Shown: one piece after another, positions 1 through 9,977 of the stretch
How positions within the stretch are numbered: position 1 is the stretch's first letter
How the letters are laid out: each line of letters begins with the position of its first letter
Assembly (NCBI GenBank): GCA_043228905.1
Contig: JBHGNT010000659.1
Span: forward strand, 1-18,166
Direction: 5' to 3'
Origin: Azolla caroliniana
Taxonomy: Eukaryota > Plantae > Polypodiophyta
Length of the DNA: 18,166 bases
The notes under the pieces: model-generated
The model's input: only the letters and a program-made list of their open reading frames with translations
Databases searched by the model: none
What the model was told of the DNA's origin: nothing
Translations under genes and position numbers: made by a program

Positions 1-421
1 AACACATCTTTATACTTCTTGAGTAGTGCTATCATCGCATCTCTCTGGTCTGGCCTTAATTCTTTTGTGATGGAGAGGAAACGAGGTTCTGACGCCGTAC
101 CCACGTTTACTTCTTCTAGGGCTGAGGCGATGACTCGCCGTGAAATTTCCTTTTCCCTCTCAAACGCTACCCGTGCTCTGCTTAGTTCTAATATTGACTC
201 TGGGTTTGGTTCGTAAGCCTCGTCGTGGAGTGTAGTGGGTGTGGCATATTCCGCCGTGGTTTCGATGACGTCGATTTCGAACAATGGAATAATCCGAGGG
301 TGCTCGTCTAGGTATGCCTCTAATTCTGTATCATCCACCCCAACTAACATATTTATATCCTCCGCATATAATGGTGCTATGCCCTTGGGTTGTGTCGCCA
401 TTTCGTCTGTTGGTACGCGGA
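1..421 (-). CDS. pol: Fragment of Ty3/Gypsy (Tat-like, non-chromovirus) pol: PR-RT linker and RT N-terminus of element A; runs off the left edge
   Basis: Manual minus-strand translation is open across the segment: RVPTDEMATQPKGIAPLY...ALEEVNVGTASEPRFLSITKELRPDQRDAMIALLKKYKDVF. The EEVNxGT..PR..I...L...LLxxYKDVF pattern precedes RT in Tat/Ogre-type elements. It is absent from the ORF track because it has no stop in the window. Confidence 0.8.
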
Positions 422-877
422 TGTTACGGGCATGACCATATAATATCCCATGGTGAGAATTTACCGTAGTATTCTATACACGTGGATAAGTGTGAGGGTT
501 AAACGAGAGTGTAAAGAAGGGGAGGATTACTTTTAATCCTCGGGATTGAGACAACCCATTAGGCCAAGTGTGAACTTGCCTGGGGGCCTTGGGTATCGCT
601 ATAAATAAGAGGCCTAACTACCCTCATTTCATCATCTTGTTGACTACGTCGAGACTCTGTCTTGTGGTGGGTCAACTCTTGTAGCGAGCGCGCCAGCACC
701 AGGTACGACTCGACGCCATGATAGTGGTATGGGACGCTGATCGAGGCTCGAGTCCGTCTCGATCCCTTTGCTCGGGGGTGGTCGGGTGGATCGACACCCT
801 TCTTTCTCTCTCTCCTTTCTTTCTATCTACCTAGATCTATCCTTATCTAATGCTTACTTTAGTACATGTCTCTAATA
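422..877 (+). repeat. 5' LTR of chromovirus C (~456 bp)
   Basis: Starts TGTTA at the same point as the copy at 6929. Ends TAATA (probably a mutated TAACA) 2 nt before the PBS. Contains TATAAAT. Confidence 0.88.
600..606 (+). promoter_or_regulatory. TATA box in 5' LTR of C
   Basis: gcTATAAATaagagg inside the LTR, conserved in the 3' copy at 7107-7113. Confidence 0.7.
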
Positions 878-879
878 TT

Positions 880-892
880 TGGTATCCGAGCC
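880..892 (+). promoter_or_regulatory. Primer-binding site, tRNA-iMet type
   Basis: TGGTATCCGAGCC, one mismatch from the canonical TGGTATCAGAGCC, just after the LTR end. Confidence 0.85.
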
Positions 893-1127
893 TATGTACT
901 AATGTTTCTTTTGTTGGTCTGATCTTCTCGATGGATGGCGATCGATCGTTGTGCGGTTGGCCTTCATGCAGACAAGGATCAACAAGGAACGTCGGTAATC
1001 TTTCTTGTTATTTTTTGTCTATTTTTTCTTCTCCCATCTAATCATGTGTATGGTTAATATGTAGATTATTTTCATTAATTAAATGATGTTGTAGTGGTAT
1101 TTAATTGGTTATCTAAAACGCTTACAT

Positions 1128-1388
1128 ATGTGCACGAGGTCAATACCTCGTTTGACAAATAAATAATATGTGATGAGTGTCGTATGCGTACGAGGTTAAT
1201 ACCTCAATTACGTATTACGTTCACGAACATATGTTACGTTTGCGTATGAGGTCAACACCTCGATTTTGTTGTAAATGATATGCGTTTGGTCTCGTATGCG
1301 TAAGAGGTCAATACCTCAATTGCGTATTACGTCGAACCCTTATTTTTGGATGTCTCGTGTGCGTAGAGGTATATGCCTCGATTACGTC
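1128..1388. repeat. Array of five hairpin-cored repeats, period 56/56/56/62 bp, in the leader of C
   Basis: Cores start at 1135 cgaggt-caat-acctcg, 1191 cgaggt-taat-acctca, 1247 tgaggt-caac-acctcg, 1303 agaggt-caat-acctca and 1365 agaggt-atat-gcctcg. Each is preceded by tgcgt(a) or tgca. Confidence 0.9.
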
Positions 1389-2558
1389 ATTTTTGGCTAT
1401 TAAATATAACGATTTCTTTAATATAGGCATATGTGGTCACATGTATACGTAGTTGATCGTATATATGTGATAATATACATATGTGTATATAAGTTATTAC
1501 GTGATTTTAAATCAAATCTTTTCCTTTTCAGGGAAAGGTTCTTGGTGGCCGTCCTCACATTTTTGTGAGAATCGTGTTGTCACCATCCCTTTTTTCAACA
1601 ATTTTTTATTGTTGAAATCCCCGTTGGTGACTTTGATATTTCGTTACGTAAAGAAACACCAATAGCCATAATGATGTTGAGTACGTAGGGTTTGACCCAC
1701 TTCATGTGAGGTCACTCTTATGACACACATATCCAACATCCCTCCCTCATTACATGCATAGGATGCCACCATGAGATCATTCTTACGAGAGGCATTCGTA
1801 ATGACGTGACCATGTGATGGGCCACGTGGGCCTACTACGAAAAGAGGGCTCATTTGGCTTGACCATTAGGTTGCACTTTGGCGTATGCCATCGTAATTAC
1901 GAGACTTGAGGTTAGGTAACGTACCAACATAGTTGTAGTAAATGAGGGCGAAATAAGGACTCTTGATGTATATATGTTTCTTTTAAAAAAACATATATGT
2001 GCAAATGCGTCGCATATCTCTTATACGCATGAAACATTAAACATTCAAGAAGAGCAACTTGGTTGGCTCAAATGTTTAATGCATTTGTTCTCGAGGTCTC
2101 GAGTTCAAATATGACCAAGACCATACAACATTGTTGATACATATGATTATAACACATGTTTAGACTTGAGGTCTAAGTGCAGTTCAGGGTCCTCGTAATA
2201 GGACTTAAAGAGCCGAAACCACATATGTGGGCACCGAAACATAGTTTATTGTTAATATTTTTTTCGTGTATAAACTATTCATGACGCGAACATACATGGT
2301 TGAGCCTCGGGGAGCCGCCATGAAAAAATCGATATAGAGATCAAGGAAAGACATTAAATTGTCACCCCCATGGTTTTTAAAACACCTTTGTGTTACCATA
2401 GTAACCTGATCTTGAACCTCATCTCATACGTCTAGAGGGGTATTGACGTGAGATCATGATATCGATTAATGTTTGCCCATGATATGTTTACATCACGACA
2501 TGATGTTATGACTATCTCGCTGACCTTATCCTATTTCTTTTCCAGAAATAATCATTTA

Positions 2559-3500
2559 ATGGCTCAAAATAACGACCCGATGTCATCCGCTCAAGCGGAA
2601 GGAACTCAAGGGAATCCTCCTGGACAAATGTCCATTGAGATGTATTTTTCGCAAATAACCCAATACCTTAGTTTCACCGCTCAACAGATGACCGAACTTC
2701 GGGAGGCACGTGTCATTAGTTTACAACGTGAGACTAATAGACCTAATGAGTGACAAGGTGAACCATCGTTTGTTGTTAAGCCATTTACGGGAGACAAAAA
2801 GGAAAGAACCGAAGAAGCAATCTGCACGTGGTTGGGCCGATGGGAGTCTCATTTTGAGCTCTATCCCACGCCAGATAGTACGAAGATTGCATATGTCGGC
2901 CGAGAACTAGGGGGTAAGGCCGCCGCCTAGTGGCGTGGGCTCCGTACTTTGGGGAAATTGCCTGAAACCTGGACAGATTTTGTCACAGTTTTTAAGGGCC
3001 AATTTCTGCAACCTCCCTCTTGAACCGAGGTAGCACAAGCTTTAATGAACCTCTCTAGCAGGAAGTTTTCCTCAGTAGAAGACTATGTCCACCATGTTAG
3101 AACCCAAATCCAAAAATCGGGTCTAGAAGGGGACAATTGGTTAATAGCTTGTTTTGTCAATGGCATCCCCAATTCAGACTATCACTGGATACTACACGAT
3201 AAGGATCCAAAATCCTTCGAAGAGGCCATTGAAATAGTTCTTCGCTATCAACGCACTTTGAAGAAGGACCACAATAAACCCAACGAAGCGCCCGGGACTA
3301 AGCAGTAGCAGTTCGTTGGGAAACGCCAGACACCCAACGAATTCATGGACAAAATCCTTTTTGCGTATTCTGCAAAAAGAAGGGTCATACAAAAGAGCAG
3401 TGTCGAAAGCTCCAACGGAAAGAGCACGACAACAAAGCTAAAGCTGCAGACCATAAAAGTAAGATTCCTAATGTCCTTCAGGTCTATACACATCATTTAA
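2559..3500 (+). pseudogene. gag: gag of chromovirus C (capsid + CCHC zinc knuckle), several stops and a frameshift
   Basis: ATG 2559 MAQNNDPM...KPFTGD...WLGRWESHF...LGGKAAA*WR...TWTDFVTVFKGQF...SVEDY...FVNGI...PKSFEEAI reads in one frame with stops. The knuckle CVFCKKKGHTKEQC at 3362-3403 is in a shifted frame. Confidence 0.88.
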
Positions 3501-6500
3501 GTAATTGTCAATGTTCTTTCCCTCACTATGTATTGGGTCCCAATGATTTACTAGGTGCAAACGGGTATATCAATGGATCTCCTGTACAATTTTTATTTGA
3601 TTCGGGAAGCTCACACAACTTTGTGAATGATCGTTTGGTTCAGATATGGGGAATCCAACCCACAGTAAGTGATCACACCTACACGGTGCACTTGGCTGAT
3701 GGAAGAGTACAATACATCAACGGGGCGATTCATTCATTAGGAATATCTATTGACACTTATATAGAGGAAGTAGACTTCCATGTAATGAATCTTTGTACCA
3801 CCGATGTAATACTGGGTTATCCCTGGTTTTATAATAAAAACTCTTCTTTATCTATTGATTGGGTTCATCATTTAATTGCATTTGTAGTGAACGATTGTAC
3901 TCATTTGATTCAATGTGTAAAAAAACAATCCCTCTCGATTGTTTCCTCGTGTCCATCAATATCCGAGTTGTCTTGTTCTACTCTATTTTATTGAGTACTT
4001 GATCTGGACATTGACGTTTACAATATCGATAATGTCTAGGTTCAATTAACATATTTTGAACAACAACAACTTGATGAAATCTTAAATGATTTTCGTGATG
4101 TTTTTCCAAGTGAACTACCAGATGGTTTACCTCCTAAACGTAATATAGACCATCATATAGATATTGTACCTAGTGTTGCACCAATAAGTGTACCTCCTTA
4201 TCACTTAAGTCGATCTGAAGAGGATGAGGTAGCTAAGCAACTCAAGGATTATTTACGAATGGGTTATAGATGTTATAGTAAATCTCCATGGGGTGCACCA
4301 GTTCTCTTGGTTAAAAAGAAAGAGGGCACATGGCGTATGTGTATTAATTACCGACGCTTGAATAAAGTGACGATGAAGAATTCGTATCCATTGCCCCGGG
4401 CCGACGATCTAATTGATCGTCTCCAGGGAGCTCGGTATTTTACGAAACTTGATCTCCGTACTGGCTACCATCAAATTCGTATAAGTGAGGACGATGTTCC
4501 TAAAACGGCATTTCGTACATGCTATGGCCATTATGAGTGTCTGGTTATGCCTTTTGGTTTGACCAATGCTCTAGTTACATTTCAACAAGAAATGAATGAC
4601 ATTTTCCGAGAACAACTTAGAAAATTTGTCGTTATTTTCTTGGATGATATTTTAGTTTATAGCCGTACATTACAAGAACATGCTAAACATGTCAGCTTTG
4701 TTTTACAAACATTGCGTGACAAATAGTTTTACGCGAAGATCTCAAAAATGTGAGTTCTTCAAGAAATCAATTACTTATCTTGGACATCTCATAACCGAAC
4801 GAGGAGTTGAAATTGATCCTTCTCTCATCGAGAAAATCAAGCTTTGGCCCACTCTTCAGAATATTCGAGAAGTTCAATCATTCCTTGGTTTTGTCGGGTT
4901 TTTGTGAAAATCCCTTCGTAATTACTCCCAATTGACGACGCCGTTTACTGATCTTCTAAAAGGTCAAACGTGTAAGTCTACAAAACCTATTGTGTGGAAT
5001 GCTACACTAGACCTTGCTTTAAAGGAACTCAAGGACTTGGTATGCAAGGCTCCTTCACTTCTTTTACCCGATCCTTCAAAACCTTTTGAGGTTGAAACCG
5101 ATGCAAATGATTATGCTATAGGTGTTGTCTTATATCAAGATGGTAAACCAATAAAATTCGAGAGTAAGAAACTTGATTCTGCTCAATGTCGGTATACCGT
5201 TCAAGAAAAGGAATTATTTGCAGTTATACATGCACTCAAAACATGGCGCCATTATCTTTATGGAAATCGCTTTGTGGTAACTACGGACCACAAGTCCTTG
5301 AAATATTTTTGTTCAACCAACAAGACCTAAAAGGTCGTAAGGCACGATGGGATGATATCATCCAGGACTTCGATTTTTCCATACGATATCGTAAAGGTTC
5401 CATGAACACTGTCGTTGATGCACTAAGTCGCATACGTGAAGTTAACACGCTTAACTTCACTAAAATATCATCAGATCTTTATGATCACCTTCGAGGAAAG
5501 TATCCTGATGATAGTTATTTTGCAAAATACTGGGCAAGAGTTGAGTCTGGAACAGACACCACCACATGCTCGAAGGAATACTTCCACATTGCTAACGGTC
5601 TGCTCTACCGTAATGGGAAGGTTTGTGTTCCAGATTTACCCGAGGTCAAAAAGAGGATTCTTTTTGAATGCCATGATGCACCCTCAGTAGGGCACCCTGG
5701 AATACATCGTACACTTGTTCTCATCTCCACTCAATTTTATTGGCCTAAGATGCGTCCTAACATACATAGCTATGTGACTAAATGTCACCAATGTTAGGTT
5801 AACAAAGTCGAGCGACTTAAAGCCGCAGGACTTTTACATCCCTTGGACATTCCCAATAATAAGTGGGAAAGTATATCGATGGATTTTATTGTTAGCCTTC
5901 CACGCACCCAAAAAGGCCATGATGGCATCTGGGTTGTGGTTGATCGACTAACTAAAATGGCCAGATTTATTGCTGCTAAAACCACGGTAACAGCTCCTGA
6001 ATTGGCTTACCAATTCGTTGACGAGGTATTTCGTTTTTATGGGTTACCAATGGATATCGTGAGTGATCGAGATCCAAAATTTACTAGTGACTTCTAGAAG
6101 CAAGTCTTTAAGAAGTTAGAAACTACGTTGAGCATGAGCTCCATGGATCATCCTCAATCCGATGGACAGACAGAATGAGTAAATCAAATTATTGAGGACA
6201 TGCTTCGAGCATATGTTGGTGCAAAACCAACAAAATGGGAACGTTATCTCCCAAATTTGGAGTTTGCTTATAATAGCTCCAAGCATACGTCGACGGGATA
6301 TGTCCTTTTATGTTGATGTATGGTTTTCAGCCACGAGCCCCGATTGATGTTAATATACATCATGATGAGTTGCGAAGTACACAAAATTTTCTTCGGGATA
6401 TGCAAGATATGTTGCATATTGCACGAGATAATATAAAAACAGCTCAAGATAGAGCGCGTTTTTATGCCGATCATAATAGGCAACCTCGTGTATTCAACCT

Positions 6501-6741
6501 TGGACAAAATGTATTTTTACGTGTACCTCACAATTCTAAGACATTGTCTACGGGTAAGTGCGCTAAGTTAGCCCCATGGTTTTGTGGACCATTTACAATC
6601 CTCAAACGCATTGGGTCATCAACCTATCGTCTCGCTCTTCATCCAGTTTTTCATGTGAGTCGTCTAAAAGAACTTCTAGGTTTTGGTGGCAATACAGTTA
6701 CAACCGAAACTCTGGTTACTTCTGAAGATGTATCTTCTAAA

Positions 6742-6894
6742 CCACATGTACCAGAAAGAATTCTCGATGTTAAAACAAAAAAATTACGTACTAAAGAAAT
6801 CCGAGAATTTAAAATAAAATGGATGGATAAATCAATAAAAGGTGTCACATGGGAACGCAAAAATACTCTTAGAACTAACTTCCCTAACTTTCCA
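6742..6894 (+). other. Chromodomain at the integrase C-terminus (group II-like: first cage aromatic absent)
   Basis: PHVPERILDVKTKKLRTKEIREFKIKWMDKSIKGVTWE...FPNF follows the HPVFHVSRLK motif. Confidence 0.82.
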
Positions 6895-6914
6895 TTGCAA
6901 GAGTGCAATGTTTT

Positions 6915-6926
6915 AAAGAGGGGGAG
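6915..6926 (+). promoter_or_regulatory. Polypurine tract of C
   Basis: AAAGAGGGGGAG, 2 nt before the TG of the 3' LTR. Confidence 0.9.
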
Positions 6927-6928
6927 TA

Positions 6929-7121
6929 TGTTACGGGCATGACCATATAATATCCCGTGGTGAGAATTTACCGTAGTATTCTATACACGTGGATAAGTGT
7001 GAGGGTTAAACGAGAGTGTAAAGAAGGGGAGGATTACTTTTAATCCTCAGGATTGAGACAACCCATTAGGCCAAGTGTGAACTTGCTTGGGGGCCTTGGG
7101 TATTGCTATAAATAAGAGGCC
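6929..7121 (+). repeat. Truncated 3' LTR of C (first 193 bp only)
   Basis: Matches 422-614 with 4 transitions, then similarity stops abruptly after aataagaggcc. Confidence 0.93.
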
Positions 7122-8957
7122 GTGTAATATCAACTTAATAGCCGGGTTGTGGTGATCCACTACTGTCGGTTTGTCGCTAATGTTCGTAAAATTTGCGACG
7201 ACACTTACCCCAGGTCTGCCCGTCACCCGCTCTTCCATGGCCTAGCGGAATCGTGGGACTAGTTGCAACAGCTTCTCTATGGTTAACGTTATCTCGCAGC
7301 CTGTCAGTGCTTGCCATATGGGATTCGGGGATGGTCCCTCGTCCTCCAATAGCTCCATCGTGTTTGCGGACTCCTTCCGCATGCGGTCCGTATTTGTCGC
7401 GTTTGCTTTTTCAACCCATGCCTGGGTTGTCCGCCATATCTCATCTTGCGCGACCCAATCAACAGTTTTTGTTTGCTAACGTGTCCTGACTTGTTGTACT
7501 TCCGTCGTAATCGTATTGACGGAGGGCCCCTTGCCCTTGCGTACTGGGCATTGTGTGGCATAATGTCCGGGCTGTTGACAGACAAAACAATGGATGCTAG
7601 ATTCGCCCTTCTCGGCCCCTGGTGGTGTGTGCTGATCCCAGGTGTGACTTGCTCCTCCCGGTCCTGATTCGTTCGTCGAAGCGTACGTGGTGGTTGTTGT
7701 TGGTCCCGACGTGGTTCCTGGTGCCGGTCATCGTCCGAACTTTCTTCATACTGCCGTTGGTCTTGATATTGCCGATGCTTTCCACGAGGTCGATTGAAGC
7801 CGCCACGTTTGTTTGTCGGATGGTAATTCTCATAGCGTCGGCCCCCTTTAGTATTTCTAGGGTGGCCACGGTAGTCTTCATCCTTCGGCTCGTCTTCCTC
7901 GGAATCGTTGTGATTCCGGCGATTCCGGTAGTGCTGGTCATCGTGTAGATTGCGATCCATATACCATGGTCGGTCTTCTTGCCGCCATTGTTCATTACGG
8001 CGTGGGGGATGTTGTGTGTCCACGCTGCGTACTATGGGCGTGGCTCTGTTCAACATATTGTACTCGCAATGCTCAACTATGTGAGCTTTCGAGTGATAGA
8101 TTGGACAATGGATTCGCACGTTGCATTCAACTGCGAAATGCCCCAAATTCAAGCAAATCATGCACTGGATCGCTTGACGAAAATGTTGTTCCTCGTCCTG
8201 AGGTAACACTTGTCATAATGAGGACATGGAAAACCTTTCCTCTTCTTCGTCCAGCTCGAGCTGTAGCGCTCTTTCTATAACCATATCAGTCATTTCCCCT
8301 TTCACGCTATTGTTGTTGAGCGTTGTCCGTATGGGTCGGCGTAATGCTGCCAGAAATGTCTCCCTAGCCTCGTCCTCCGTCGGGTCCCATTCTAATTTCT
8401 GCCGTAGATTTTGGAAATGTAAGCTGAAATCCATGACCGTCTCGGTCGACAATTGCCTAATTGTGTAGAACTCTCCGATGAAAAAACCGCAGAAAGGCTG
8501 ACTGCAGCTAGTCAAAGGTCGTCATTGCTGGTAGATCCATTTGCGAATGCCAAAACGTTGCTCTCTCATCCAAGGTTAATCCGAACTCCATCATTTTGGA
8601 CTGGTGCGCTACTGCCTCGGAAAGGCTCTACGCCATGAGGTTTTCATTCCAGACATAGAGGAACAGGCGGATGTGGGTTGCGGCGTCGGTTTCGCCGTTG
8701 AAGCGGGGATAGGCAAAGGCCATGCTGGGTGCTACGACGGGCAGGGAAACACCACAGTGCTTTTGTGGTGAGCGTGCTTCCCGCGTATTGCCGAGGTATT
8801 TGGAGAGCAAGAAATCTTCTTTGTGGTCCCGACAGGTAGTACTGAGGTCACTTAGGCGAGGCTTTTGCCGTGCGCGTTCCTCTACCTGGCGTGTGATGGA
8901 CCTTGTGATTGGCCGGTCTTGTCGTGTTGGTTCTCTGGGGCGTTTGCGGCTAAACAT
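7122..8957 (-). pseudogene. gag: gag and pre-protease region of Tat-like Gypsy element A, three CCHC knuckles, degenerate
   Basis: MFSRKRPRE...YPRFNGETDAATHIRLF...ETVMDFSLHFQNL...TFLAALRRPIR. Knuckles: CMICLNLGHFAVEC, CPIYHSKAHIVEHC (8164-8066) and CFVCQQPGHYATQC (7589-7548). Ends VDHHNPAIKLILH at the junction. Confidence 0.85.
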
Positions 8958-8989
8958 CCATTCGTCGTTGTTCGTCTGTGAGAAGACAC

Positions 8990-9007
8990 AGATCACCAAG
9001 CGTGCCA
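8990..9007 (-). promoter_or_regulatory. Primer-binding site of A, probably tRNA-Arg type
   Basis: Minus strand TGGCACGCTTGGTG, 4 nt after the LTR end ...TAACA. Resembles the TGGCACGCC-type PBS of Tat elements. Confidence 0.65.
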
Positions 9008-9011
9008 AAAG

Positions 9012-9460
9012 TGTTATCGATTAGGAACACGGTCTATGGTCAGTCCTTCGACCTAGACCTCAAAGTGACTGTGTGACAACGAATGGTAGCGTCTGTGTGT
9101 AATACTTAGTGGGATACCTCCCGTAACCTAGCAGCATATAAGGGAGACGGCTACAACCGAGCTCCTTAGACAATGGGCTAGCGCACACACTGTTACTCAC
9201 GCCTACGCTCTTAAGGATTACAGACACACAGTAGATTAACCACAGTTACGCACAGATATAAGAGAAGATAGAACTCTATTAAGATACGCCTTTTACATTC
9301 AGAATTACACGCTACCTCTATCAGAGGTTTTCTGCCCTTTATATACGTAGGGTCTTTTAGCCATTCACGCTTCCCACGTGAACGGTTACATGTATTACAA
9401 TATTATTCTATTCCATATTACAACGCTCTTGTCCGTCAGTTACTATTCTGGCGGACAACA
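9012..9460 (-). repeat. 5' LTR of element A (~449 bp); partner LTR is outside the window
   Basis: Minus strand TGTTG...TAACA termini and TATATAAAGGG (9345-9335), followed by PBS and gag. Coding sequence of B begins right after 9460. Confidence 0.78.
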
Positions 9461-9600
9461 TTCACCGAAAGGTAGAGCAAAGAGAGCTAGTCAGCCAGTT
9501 CTATACGCTAATGAGACAATCTCGTAATTCATGATCCGTTTCCAAACATTGCACATCGAACTAACAAGGGCACTCCTAGAAGACGAGGCAAAAGCAGTCT
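9461..9600 (+). pseudogene. gag: gag fragment of element B (relative of A), left part
   Basis: HRKVEQRELVSQFYT / NETIS*FMIRFQTLHIELTRALLEDEAKAV aligns by eye with A's EFYT..TETVMDFSLHFQNLRQKLEWDPTEDEARET. It rejoins in frame to 15293 when the Copia is removed. Confidence 0.8.
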
Positions 9601-9977
9601 TGTAAAAGAATACGTGTGTGGAAGTATGTGCGTAAACACAGAGTACATAGTTCAGAAATAAGACAGTTTGGTAAACGCAGAAAACACAGAGATGGAGAGA
9701 TAGAGAGAGAGCAGACAACTCAATTCTATTTCAAAAATAATGACGCTCTGTACATAGGATGTGCTCAATGAGCAAATTTATACAAGTCCATACGGACTTA
9801 CTGAAGTACGGACATGTACTTCAATGCTCAAAAATGAGCTCTACATGAACTCCCAAAATATATTCCTACGCGGAATATCTTTCCAACAGCCTCGCGATTT
9901 ACGCACCGCTATGGCCTATTGTGCGCACGGTTTTACGCACCCGATTACGCACTGAATGTTGAGCTTATCTCTCAACA
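9601..9977 (-). repeat. 3' LTR of Copia D (377 bp)
   Basis: tgtaaaagaa...ctctcaaca, homologous to 14886-15287 and adjacent to the PPT. Confidence 0.93.

Larger units (their letters stand above)
3533..6942 (+). pseudogene. pol: pol of chromovirus C: aspartic protease, RT, RNase H, integrase, chromodomain; many stops and frameshifts
   Basis: PR: FLFDSGSSHNF. RT: [53 protein letters not shown]: VETDANDYAIG, EKELFAV, TDHKSL. INT: HD..GHPG..CHQC, ISMDFI, VSDRDPKF, GPF. The frame ends LKRGSMLRA in the 3' LTR. Confidence 0.95.
422..7121 (+). mobile_element. Ty3/Gypsy chromovirus LTR retrotransposon (element C), degenerate, 3' LTR truncated
   Basis: Direct repeats at 422-614 and 6929-7121, Met PBS, gag-PR-RT-RH-INT-chromodomain order, PPT before the 3' LTR. 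Confidence 0.95.

Noticed and set aside
1128-1388. CRISPR array
   Set aside because: The context is a eukaryotic retrotransposon with no cas genes. The repeats are short and degenerate, and alternate spacers resemble each other, which points to internal duplication rather than spacer acquisition.
1483-2399. Short leader ORFs as an extra 5' gene of the chromovirus
   Set aside because: They are 60-69 aa with no domain signal, in AT-rich, intron-like sequence.
3306-3362. Programmed readthrough or frameshift between gag and pol
   Set aside because: The stop and shift fall before the zinc knuckle in a copy full of lesions, and the TAG is most simply CAG->TAG. It cannot be supported without a family consensus.
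7123-7140. TGTAAT as the start of a new LTR inserted in C's 3' LTR
   Set aside because: The sequence is minus-strand coding of element A (HNPAIKLILH), and the rest of C's LTR never reappears.
7622-7948. Hydrophobic ORFs (also 15517-16083 minus and 17283-18035 minus) as env-like membrane proteins
   Set aside because: They are antisense shadows of R/D/E-rich gag sequence; the hydrophobicity follows from codon complementarity.
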